This document shows positions 1 to 7,722 of a DNA stretch of 64,000 nucleotides, piece after piece. The notes under the pieces were generated by a model. That model was not told where the DNA came from. It did no database searches and saw only the letters and a program-made list of their open reading frames with translations. Position 1 is the first letter of the stretch; each line of letters starts with the position of its first letter. This stretch comes from Candidatus Rifleibacteriota bacterium. GTDB lineage: Bacteria > Muiribacteriota > Ozemobacteria > Ozemobacterales > Ozemobacteraceae. Position numbers and translations under genes: made by a program. The DNA lies in NCBI GenBank assembly GCA_028689875.1, contig JAQVCG010000001.1, positions 3,557 through 67,556 on the forward strand. The letters are read 5' to 3'.

Positions 1-197
1 GGACCGGCGAATTCAACTGTCAGCGGCGAATCAGGAGCGACTCCCGTAGCCATATTTCCAGGAAAATGGTTCACGATATTTATAGCAGCAGTTTCCGTGA
101 CGTATCCCTTATTAATTGATGCATCAACGGGCGAACAGTTGCACATAGCGGCAGCGGCAAAAGCGCATATCAAGGCCGCTTTTTTCCAACGGTTCAT
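1..197 (-). CDS. Secreted protein / possible lipoprotein, N-terminal 65 codons only (gene runs off the window start)
   Basis: Not in the ORF track because it is truncated. The reverse complement has ATG at 197..195 and reads MNRWKKAALICAFAAAAMCNCSPVDASINKGYVTETAAINIVNHFPGNMATGVAPDSPLTVEFAG. Hydrophobic signal peptide with Cys residues. GAGGAGG Shine-Dalgarno (complement of 204..210) lies 6 nt upstream. PGNMATGVAPDSPLTVEF resembles the start of the SbsA/Big_5-type Ig-like domains seen in 53404..55182. Confidence 0.55.
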   Translation of the reverse strand, partial: MNRWKKAALICAFAAAAMCNCSPVDASINKGYVTETAAINIVNHFPGNMATGVAPDSPLTVEFAG

Positions 198-393
198 ATT
201 TTACCTCCTCAAGCATTTACTATTCAACTAAACAATCGGCTTTGGCCCTCTAAATATTTATCTTTTTATTTAATTCTTTTGCTTTATTTTTATAATTTGA
301 GTAAAGTAGGTTAATAATTGATGTTATTTATTCGATAGTTATATGAACCAATAAATAATTGTTGGTTTTACCCAATATGTAAGGAGATTTATA

Positions 394-978
394 ATGGGAA
401 CCGATGTAGCAAGTTTTGCCAAACAGCTTAAAGAAGACGGTATTGAAGCTGCTAAGGCCGAAGCCGCTAAGATTCTTGAAGAAGCCCAAAAAAAGGCAGA
501 CAAGATAATAAACGCCGCTAAAGCTGAATCAGATAAGCTCGAAAAAGAAACTCAGACACGGATACAGCAAAATCGCACACGCAGCGAAGACGAAATGCGC
601 CTTGTAGCTCGTGATTTGTTGATTAATTTTCGCAAAAAGATCGAAGAAGTGGGTGTAAACCTTTTACAAGGGCAAGTTGCTGAAGCCTTAAACAGCGAAG
701 AAGTTATTAAGACTGCTATTACCGAGTTACTTAAAGAACAAAGTTCAGGCAAAAACTGGGAAGTATCTTTAAGCGACAAATTGGGGCAGAATCTTGCACA
801 GATTGTTCTAAGTATGTTTAAAGCTAAAGGCGCTGATACAAAACTGGGAGAAACCCTAACAAAAGCCGGTTTTGAAGTACGCCATGGAAACGAAGTATTT
901 GAAGTCACCGAAGATTCTATTACAGAGAGTTTTAAAAAACTTCTGTCTCCTGCATTAAAAAAGCTTCTTGAATCCTAA
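394..978 (+). CDS. atpE: V-type ATP synthase subunit E (peripheral stalk)
   Basis: 194 aa. Long K/E/A-rich N-terminal helix (AAKAEAAKILEEAQKKADKIINAAKAESDKLEKE) plus a globular C-terminal half. AAGGAG SD at 381..386. First gene of the V-ATPase operon. Confidence 0.8.
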   Translation: MGTDVASFAKQLKEDGIEAAKAEAAKILEEAQKKADKIINAAKAESDKLEKETQTRIQQNRTRSEDEMRLVARDLLINFRKKIEEVGVNLLQGQVAEALNSEEVIKTAITELLKEQSSGKNWEVSLSDKLGQNLAQIVLSMFKAKGADTKLGETLTKAGFEVRHGNEVFEVTEDSITESFKKLLSPALKKLLES

Positions 979-994
979 GGAGGGCGGTATTTAA

Positions 995-1705
995 GTGTCA
1001 GCAAATCTATATTATCTGATGACAATGCTTCCGTCACTTCCGGCATTAGGCGAAAGAGTCGAATATTCTGAAGCTCTTTCGAAATTGCGCGAAGATAAAG
1101 ACGGAAGCATTTCTTATTTGGCCGATTTGCTTGAATCCGAATTGTCTATTGAAGAATGCGGGCGACAGTATTATGTATTAGGCAACAAAGACTACGTCCC
1201 TACTCTTTATGACGCTTTGCCCGAAAGCTTTTCAGAGATTCTCAACTCTTATAAATTCACTGACGAAGCAGTTTGGCTTTCAACAGTTTATAAAGCTTGG
1301 TTTTCTTTGATATTGGATGTCGGACGCAAATTCGGTTCTGGTTTATTGTCGCGTTGGGCAAAGTGGGAATATTCACTAAGGCTCAACCTTATAGCAGCTA
1401 GACTTAACAAATCGGGCAACGAGCAGAGCGTAAAATTTGAAGTTTTACCTGACGATCTTAGCTCTGACTATTCTTACGAAACATTGGCTTTAGTTACGGC
1501 TTATAAATCTTTTAACGAGCCTTTTGAAGCCGAAAAGTATCTTGATCAATCCCGCATTGATTTTCTGCGCAGAGAGTCTACACAGTTTTCATTCAGCATT
1601 GACGAACTGGTTAGCTACATGCTCGAAATGCGCATACATAATCGATATTCGCAATTGTCGCCTGAATTGGGCAACAAAATTCTAGAGGAGGTAACTAAGC
1701 TGTGA
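995..1705 (+). CDS. V-ATPase operon protein of unknown role (position of the DUF2764-family ORF in chlamydial/spirochaetal operons)
   Basis: 236-aa ORF with GTG start, 16 nt after atpE and overlapping atpA by 4 nt. I recognise no catalytic motif. The assignment rests on conserved operon position only. Confidence 0.6.
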   Translation: MSANLYYLMTMLPSLPALGERVEYSEALSKLREDKDGSISYLADLLESELSIEECGRQYYVLGNKDYVPTLYDALPESFSEILNSYKFTDEAVWLSTVYKAWFSLILDVGRKFGSGLLSRWAKWEYSLRLNLIAARLNKSGNEQSVKFEVLPDDLSSDYSYETLALVTAYKSFNEPFEAEKYLDQSRIDFLRRESTQFSFSIDELVSYMLEMRIHNRYSQLSPELGNKILEEVTKL

Positions 1706-3435
1706 GTATGATCGGTAGAATTGTCACCGTTTACGGCAATATGGTTACAGCAGAAGTAGAAGGCATCGTTCGTCAAAATGCGGTTGCCTATTGTAAGCGC
1801 GCTGACGGAGTAAAACTCATGTCAGAAATTATCCGCGTAAGAGGGAAACTTGTAGATATGCAAGTTTTTGAGCTCACACGCGGGCTAAAAGTTGGAGATG
1901 ACGTAGAAATATCAGATGAATTGCTTTCTGTCGAATTAGGGCCCGGTCTTATCGGGATGGTTTACGACGGTTTGCAAAATCCTCTAGCCGAATTGGCCAC
2001 AAACTATGGAAACTTTTTAACTCCGGGGCATTATCTAAAAGCCCTTAACCGCGAAAAACTATGGGATTTCACTCCTGTGGCCTCAATCGGAAGTCTGGTA
2101 AAGGCATCTGATAATTTAGGTAAGGTTCAAGAAAATATTTTTGACCATTACATAATGGCTCCATTTACTTTGCGCGGCGAATGGAAAGTGAAATCTGTTG
2201 CACCTGCCGGCAAATATAGAGTTGAAGACATAATTGCCACACTTGAAAAAGATGGCGAAACCATGGACATAAACATGATACAGCGCTGGCCTGTTCGTAT
2301 GCCATTAGGGCTTTACAAACAGCGTCTTCTTCCGACACAGCCCATGGTAACCAAACAACGCATCATCGACACCTTTTTCCCTGTAATGTTGGGTGGAACC
2401 TATTGTATACCGGGGCCATTCGGAGCAGGTAAAACAGTATTACAGCAAAACACAAGCCGTTATGCGGATGTTGACGTTGTTATATTGGCAGCATGCGGTG
2501 AACGTGCAGGTGAAGTTGTTGAAACACTCAGAGAGTTCCCTCATTTGGCTGACCCGCGCACAGGCGGCACTTTGATTGAACGCACCATAATCATATGCAA
2601 CACTTCGAGTATGCCTGTTGCAGCTCGTGAATCTTCTGTTTATACAGCAATTACACTTGGCGAATACTATCGTCAGGTTGGTTTAAACGTTCTTCTTTTG
2701 GCCGACTCAACTTCTCGCTGGGCACAAGCTTTGCGCGAGATGTCGGGTCGTTTGGAAGAAATTCCCGGCGAAGAAGCTTTCCCTGCATACCTTGAAACTT
2801 CAATCGCACGTTTTTATGAACGTGGCGGAATTGTTGAGCTTAATGACGGCAGAGTATCTTCACTGACAGTTGGCGGCACAGTCAGCCCTGCGGGCGGCAA
2901 CTTTGAAGAACCTGTAACTCAGGGCACTTTAAAAGTTGTTGGTGCATTTTTGGGTCTTTCTTACGCGCGTTCTTATGCTCGCCGTTTTCCGGCGATTGAC
3001 CCTCTTGAATCTTGGTCAAAATACAGCGGCGTAATCGACACTCAAAAAGTTGTTTGGGCACATAAATTTTTGAAGCGCGGTAAAACTATCAACGAAATGA
3101 TGCAGGTTGTAGGTGAAGAAGGCACTTCGATTGACGACTTTGTAATTTACCTAAAATCAGAGTTGTTAGACAATGTGTATTTGCAACAGAACTCATTTGA
3201 TGAAGTTGATGCTGCATGCCCGGTCGAAAGACAGAGATATCTATTCGATTTAGTATCAGAAACTCTAAACCATGAATTCAAATTCGCAGACAAGGCTGAA
3301 GCTCGTGACACCTTCTTTACTTTAACTGAGCAGTTCAGAAACTGGAACTATACCCCATGGGAAACAGCACAGTTAAAAGAAATCGAAGCCACAATAAAAG
3401 AAACTTTAGCATCTAAGGAGGCTACTAATGCGTAA
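1702..3435 (+). CDS. atpA: V-type ATP synthase catalytic subunit A
   Basis: 577 aa. Walker A GPFGAGKT. Also [32 protein letters not shown] and [13 protein letters not shown], typical of A/V-type A subunits. GAGGAGG SD at 1685..1691. Confidence 0.97.
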   Translation: MSMIGRIVTVYGNMVTAEVEGIVRQNAVAYCKRADGVKLMSEIIRVRGKLVDMQVFELTRGLKVGDDVEISDELLSVELGPGLIGMVYDGLQNPLAELATNYGNFLTPGHYLKALNREKLWDFTPVASIGSLVKASDNLGKVQENIFDHYIMAPFTLRGEWKVKSVAPAGKYRVEDIIATLEKDGETMDINMIQRWPVRMPLGLYKQRLLPTQPMVTKQRIIDTFFPVMLGGTYCIPGPFGAGKTVLQQNTSRYADVDVVILAACGERAGEVVETLREFPHLADPRTGGTLIERTIIICNTSSMPVAARESSVYTAITLGEYYRQVGLNVLLLADSTSRWAQALREMSGRLEEIPGEEAFPAYLETSIARFYERGGIVELNDGRVSSLTVGGTVSPAGGNFEEPVTQGTLKVVGAFLGLSYARSYARRFPAIDPLESWSKYSGVIDTQKVVWAHKFLKRGKTINEMMQVVGEEGTSIDDFVIYLKSELLDNVYLQQNSFDEVDAACPVERQRYLFDLVSETLNHEFKFADKAEARDTFFTLTEQFRNWNYTPWETAQLKEIEATIKETLASKEATNA

Positions 3436-4726
3436 GTATTACACCAAAATAGATAATATTGCGGGTAACGTAGCAACTCTTAAAGCTACAAACGTTGGTT
3501 ACGATGAACTAGCTATTGTTGAAGGTTCTTGGGGTTCTTCCTTAGCCCAGGTAATCAGAGTTAACGGCGACACCGTAACCTTGCAGGTATTTGCAGGAAC
3601 ACGCGGTGTTTCAACAGGCGACAAAGTATCGTTTTTGGGTTCATCAATGAAATTCAGTTTTTCTGAAGATCTTTTCGGAAGAATTTTTTCCGGCAGCGGC
3701 GAAGCACGTGACAATAGAGGCGAATTAACCGATAACCTTATCGAAATCGGCGGCCCTGCTGTTAATCCTGCAGTTCGCTTAATGCCACACAGAATGATCC
3801 CAACAAATATACCGATGATTGACGTATTTAATACTTTGGTAGAAGGTCAAAAACTGCCGATTTTCTCAATCCCCGGTGAGCCATATAACGAGCTTTTGGC
3901 ACGCATAGCACTGCAGGCTGAAGCAGACGTTATCATATTCGGCGGAATGGGTTTAAAATATGACGAATATCTATATTTCAAGAATCGCCTTGAAGAAGGC
4001 GGTGCGATGAATCGCTCTATAATGTTCGTTCATACTGCATCAGACCCGGTTGTTGAATGTCTTCAAACACCGGATTTGGCTCTAACAGTTGCCGAACAGT
4101 TTGCAATTCAGGGCAAACGCGTTTTGGTGCTTTTGACCGATATGACGAACTTTGCGAACGCATTGAAAGAAATTTCAATCACCATGGAACAGATTCCTTC
4201 TAATCGTGGTTATCCCGGCGATCTATATTCACAGCTTGCTTCAAGATATGAAAAAGCTGTTGTATTTGAAGAAGGCGGCTCTATCACTCTTATGGCCGTT
4301 ACTACCATGCCCGGCGATGACGTAACTCACCCTGTTCCGGACAACACCGGTTACATCACTGAAGGTCAGTTCTACCTTAAGGGTGGAGTTATTGACCCGT
4401 TCGGTTCTCTTTCACGACTTAAACAGCAGGTAAACGGTAAAACCCGTGAAGACCACCGCGCCATAATGGACGGTTGCATTCAGCTATATTCAAAATGCAG
4501 AGAAACTCGTGAAAAGCGTGCCATGGGCTTTGAAATGTCTGACTGGGACTTAAAGCTTCTTGCTTACGGTGACAGCTTCGAAAAGGAAATCATGAGTTTC
4601 GATGCAAACGTTGGCTTATTTGATGCATTAAAACAATGCTGGGAAATATTAGCCGATCATTTTGAGCCACGCGAAACGGGCATAAGATCAAATCTATGTG
4701 ATCAATTCTGGCCCAAAAACAGCTAG
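3428..4726 (+). CDS. atpB: V-type ATP synthase subunit B
   Basis: 432 aa. Non-catalytic homolog of A with no Gxxxx[19 protein letters not shown] and [21 protein letters not shown] are typical B-subunit blocks. Overlaps atpA by 8 nt. Confidence 0.95.
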   Translation: MRKYYTKIDNIAGNVATLKATNVGYDELAIVEGSWGSSLAQVIRVNGDTVTLQVFAGTRGVSTGDKVSFLGSSMKFSFSEDLFGRIFSGSGEARDNRGELTDNLIEIGGPAVNPAVRLMPHRMIPTNIPMIDVFNTLVEGQKLPIFSIPGEPYNELLARIALQAEADVIIFGGMGLKYDEYLYFKNRLEEGGAMNRSIMFVHTASDPVVECLQTPDLALTVAEQFAIQGKRVLVLLTDMTNFANALKEISITMEQIPSNRGYPGDLYSQLASRYEKAVVFEEGGSITLMAVTTMPGDDVTHPVPDNTGYITEGQFYLKGGVIDPFGSLSRLKQQVNGKTREDHRAIMDGCIQLYSKCRETREKRAMGFEMSDWDLKLLAYGDSFEKEIMSFDANVGLFDALKQCWEILADHFEPRETGIRSNLCDQFWPKNS

Positions 4727-4735
4727 TGAGGCGTT

Positions 4736-5335
4736 ATGTCTGATAAAATTAAAAAAACCAGGCCTGAGCTTTTGAGACAACGACGTCAGCTGTCGATGTT
4801 TCAGAGGTTTTTGCCTACTCTGGTTCTAAAGAAACAACAGATTCAGTCTGAAATTCTTAAGGTCAGAGCAGAAGCCCAAAAGCTTGACAAGCTTATGGAG
4901 CAGAAGATTCGCGAAAGCATTGGTTGGAAAATGCTATTCAGCGAGTCACTGCCCGGACCTATAACAAGGTTTGTAAAAGTTAAGAATATTTTGCGCGGTA
5001 TTCGCAATGTGGCCGGCATAAAGCTTCCCATAGTCTCTAGTGTAGAATATGAAGTTAGCGATTATTCACGTTTTGCAACGCCTATGTGGGTCGATGCGGG
5101 GCTCGAATTTTTAAAAGATCTTCTTGAGTTACGAGAGAAGTTGATAGTAATTCACGAACAAGAAGTTCTGTTACAAAAAGAACTGCGCAAAGTTACCCAA
5201 CGTGTGAATCTGTTTGAAAAAGTAATGATTCCGCAAGCAACAGAAAATATTAAAACCATTCGCATTACGCTTGCCGAAGAACAAACCTCTGCTGTTGGCC
5301 GTTCAAAAATAGCCAAGAGCAAATCAGTAAACTGA
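4736..5335 (+). CDS. atpD: V-type ATP synthase subunit D (central stalk)
   Basis: 199 aa, basic and helical. N-terminus TRPELLRQRRQLSMFQRFLPTLVLKKQQ and C-terminus LAEEQTSAVGRSK match the D-subunit pattern. Operon position after B. Confidence 0.85.
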   Translation: MSDKIKKTRPELLRQRRQLSMFQRFLPTLVLKKQQIQSEILKVRAEAQKLDKLMEQKIRESIGWKMLFSESLPGPITRFVKVKNILRGIRNVAGIKLPIVSSVEYEVSDYSRFATPMWVDAGLEFLKDLLELREKLIVIHEQEVLLQKELRKVTQRVNLFEKVMIPQATENIKTIRITLAEEQTSAVGRSKIAKSKSVN

Positions 5336-5348
5336 GAAGGAGAAAAAT

Positions 5349-7142
5349 ATGATTAGTAAAATGAAAAAGCTTCTTCTCGGCGGAAAAGCTTCAGAGAAAG
5401 AAAAAGTTCTTGAAGTATTGCGCGAAGCCGGCGTAGTTCACGTTGACGCAGCGGTGCCCGAAAAAGTATCGGTGCCTGCTTCCATTAATGAAGAACTACA
5501 TAAATGCAATCGTGCAATAATCGAACTCTCGCAAATTGAGTGTCTTAGCGACGAAGATAAAATAGAAACTCCCGGAAAAGCTAAAAGGCTTATCGAAGAA
5601 ACTTTAGAACATGTTACTGCTTTATCTAAGTTAAAAGACAAATTAATTGCTCTTAAAAAAGAGTATGAAGAAACAGAAGTTTGGGGTCCCCTCGGCTTAA
5701 AAGATTTATACTTTTTAAAGAACTCGGGCCTGAATATCGTTTTTTCAAAAGGCTCAAAAGAGCACAAAGACGAAATCAAGAGCGAGTTTGTTGATACGGT
5801 TTATTGTAAAGATGGAATTTGTGTGTTTATTGCGGCGTCGCGAAATGAAATCGAAATTCCGAAACAACTAACCGTTATTGAAGCACCTAGGCGTGAATCG
5901 GCACAAATTGCAGATGAAATCAAAGCAACCGAAAATACGATTTGTGATCACAAACACGCTTTGCAATGTTTAAAACTAAGATTTTCTGATATTCAAGCAC
6001 ATTACACCAAACTTCTTAATCAGAAGCGTTTTGCAGAGGTTGAATCAGGCGTAATGACTGATGAAGAGGTCTTTGTTTTAACCGGTTGGTGTCCTGAAAA
6101 GAAAGTAAGCACTTTAAGCGAAGCACTTGAAACAGCACAACTCAGAGTAGCTACTCACTTTGATGATGCCGCTGAGGATGAAAACCCTCCGACTTATTTA
6201 GATAATCCGGTTTATTCTAGCAGTATTAACCCACTCTATGACTTTATGGGTCTGACTCCGAGCTACAATGAGCCTGATGCCAGTTTTCTATTTTTATCAA
6301 CCCTCATTATTTTTTCCGGCTTTTTGGTTGCCGATGCAGGTTACGGAGCAATAATCGCGTTGCCTCTGTTGTTTGGCTATAAAAAGCTTAAAGAGCGAGG
6401 AGTTGATGAAAAGTTTTTAAGATTGGCAATCTTTTTGTTCGGCGGAGCGACTGTATACGGAGGGATAACCAATTCTTGGTTTGGTGCTTCGTTGTTTAAC
6501 ACAGGCTTTAACCCTGAAAGTCCAGACGGTTCATTTTTACTTCAAGCCCTATGTTTTTTAATGGGTGTAATTCACTTAACCATTGCACACATAATAAAAC
6601 TAAAGCGAAAGAAAATTAACTTGTCAGTTGTAGGGGAAATAGGATGGATAATATTCTTATGGGCCATGTATGGAATGATTTGTAAACTTGTTGCCGGTCG
6701 AGACTTCATTTTGCCCGGCACTCAGGAATTTACAATATTAGGCTCAACAAGCAGTCTGACTGTTTGGCTGTTTAAAATTTCGTTAACCATGATACTTTTT
6801 TTCACAGCCCCCTCTTTCAATGTATTTAAAATGGTTGGCGCAGGTGTCGGTTCTATCTTAACAAATGCATCGGCTGCCTTTTCAGACATTTTGAGTTATA
6901 TCAGACTGTGGGCCGTCGGATTGGCGGGCAGCAAAGTTGCCGTCGCGTTTAACGATATAGGCGCTATGCTTCCGATCTATGCGCAAATACCTGTTTTAAT
7001 AGCAGGTCATGGCTTAAATATAATATTGTGTGTTATAGCGATTCTCGCGCATGGGGTTCGCTTAAATTTGTTGGAGTTCTCTAATCATCTGGAATTGGAT
7101 TGGGCCGGACGTGAATATGACCCATTCAAAAAAATCAATTAA
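5349..7142 (+). CDS. atpI: V-type ATP synthase subunit I (a-type membrane stator)
   Basis: 597 aa. Soluble N-terminal ~300 aa plus a multi-TM C-terminal half containing LSYIRLWAVGLAG, the conserved essential-Arg motif of V-type a/I subunits. Confidence 0.9.
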   Translation: MISKMKKLLLGGKASEKEKVLEVLREAGVVHVDAAVPEKVSVPASINEELHKCNRAIIELSQIECLSDEDKIETPGKAKRLIEETLEHVTALSKLKDKLIALKKEYEETEVWGPLGLKDLYFLKNSGLNIVFSKGSKEHKDEIKSEFVDTVYCKDGICVFIAASRNEIEIPKQLTVIEAPRRESAQIADEIKATENTICDHKHALQCLKLRFSDIQAHYTKLLNQKRFAEVESGVMTDEEVFVLTGWCPEKKVSTLSEALETAQLRVATHFDDAAEDENPPTYLDNPVYSSSINPLYDFMGLTPSYNEPDASFLFLSTLIIFSGFLVADAGYGAIIALPLLFGYKKLKERGVDEKFLRLAIFLFGGATVYGGITNSWFGASLFNTGFNPESPDGSFLLQALCFLMGVIHLTIAHIIKLKRKKINLSVVGEIGWIIFLWAMYGMICKLVAGRDFILPGTQEFTILGSTSSLTVWLFKISLTMILFFTAPSFNVFKMVGAGVGSILTNASAAFSDILSYIRLWAVGLAGSKVAVAFNDIGAMLPIYAQIPVLIAGHGLNIILCVIAILAHGVRLNLLEFSNHLELDWAGREYDPFKKIN

Positions 7143-7171
7143 TTCGGTAAATTTTATTAAGGAGATATAAA

Positions 7172-7663
7172 ATGGAAGATTTCATGCTGATTATCGGCAA
7201 AATGGCTCTCGGTTTAATCATGGGTTTTGGTGGTTTGGGCAGCGCTCTCGGCGTTCTTGCAGCAGGTAGCGCCGCAGCCGGCGGTTGGGCAAAAGAAGGA
7301 AAAGAAGGCAAACCTTTGAGCGGTAAATTTACCGGTTTGGTTGGTATGCCTGTCAGCCAGACTCTCTATTGCCTTATTCTTTACATTATGATGGTTGAAT
7401 ATGCTTCTGTAGCTGCCAACGGCCCAATCCTTTTCGGTATTGCAATAGGCGTCGGAATGTGTCAATTTGTATCAGCATATGCGCAAGGCTCTATTGGCGG
7501 CGCCGGTGTCAGATGCTTAGTTGAAAATGGCGGCAAAGGCTTTGGTAATATCGTAGTTGCCATGGGTATCGCAGAATCTATCGCACTGTTTGCTCTTGTA
7601 ACCGGCATTTTGATTCTTAGCAGCCCTGTAATGGTAAAAGTTGCAGAAGTAGCGGTAAAATAA
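7172..7663 (+). CDS. atpK: V-type ATP synthase proteolipid subunit K (four-helix c subunit)
   Basis: 163 aa, Gly/Ala-rich hydrophobic helices (GGLGSALGVLAAGSAAAGG). A single membrane Glu in GIAESIALFAL. GGAG SD at 7161..7164. Last gene of the operon. Confidence 0.9.
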   Translation: MEDFMLIIGKMALGLIMGFGGLGSALGVLAAGSAAAGGWAKEGKEGKPLSGKFTGLVGMPVSQTLYCLILYIMMVEYASVAANGPILFGIAIGVGMCQFVSAYAQGSIGGAGVRCLVENGGKGFGNIVVAMGIAESIALFALVTGILILSSPVMVKVAEVAVK

Positions 7664-7681
7664 AAGTTAGTTAAAACGCTT

Positions 7682-7722
7682 AAAAAAAGCAATTTGGCAT
7701 AATCGCCAAATTGCTTTTTTTT
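7682..7722. terminator. Bidirectional rho-independent terminator between atpK (+) and the 954-aa gene (-)
   Basis: A-run 7682..7688, stem gcaatttggc (7689..7698) / gccaaattgc (7705..7714), 6-nt loop, T-run 7715..7722. Confidence 0.85.

Noticed and set aside
291-296. TATAAT hexamer upstream of the V-ATPase operon as a possible promoter.
   Set aside because: The whole 198..393 spacer is very AT-rich, so TATAAT is expected by chance. No acceptable -35 lies at 16-18 nt (atttaa at best). I cannot choose among several equally weak candidates.
552-908. Antisense ORFs listed in the six-frame track inside well-supported genes (e.g. 552..908, 13049..13435, 22644..23102, 34727..35191, 51201..51740, 62026..62466).
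   Set aside because: Each lies entirely within a longer ORF on the opposite strand that has strong family motifs. Their translations are low-complexity, Ser/Leu/Arg/Cys-rich, with no SD or recognisable domain. They are shadow ORFs.
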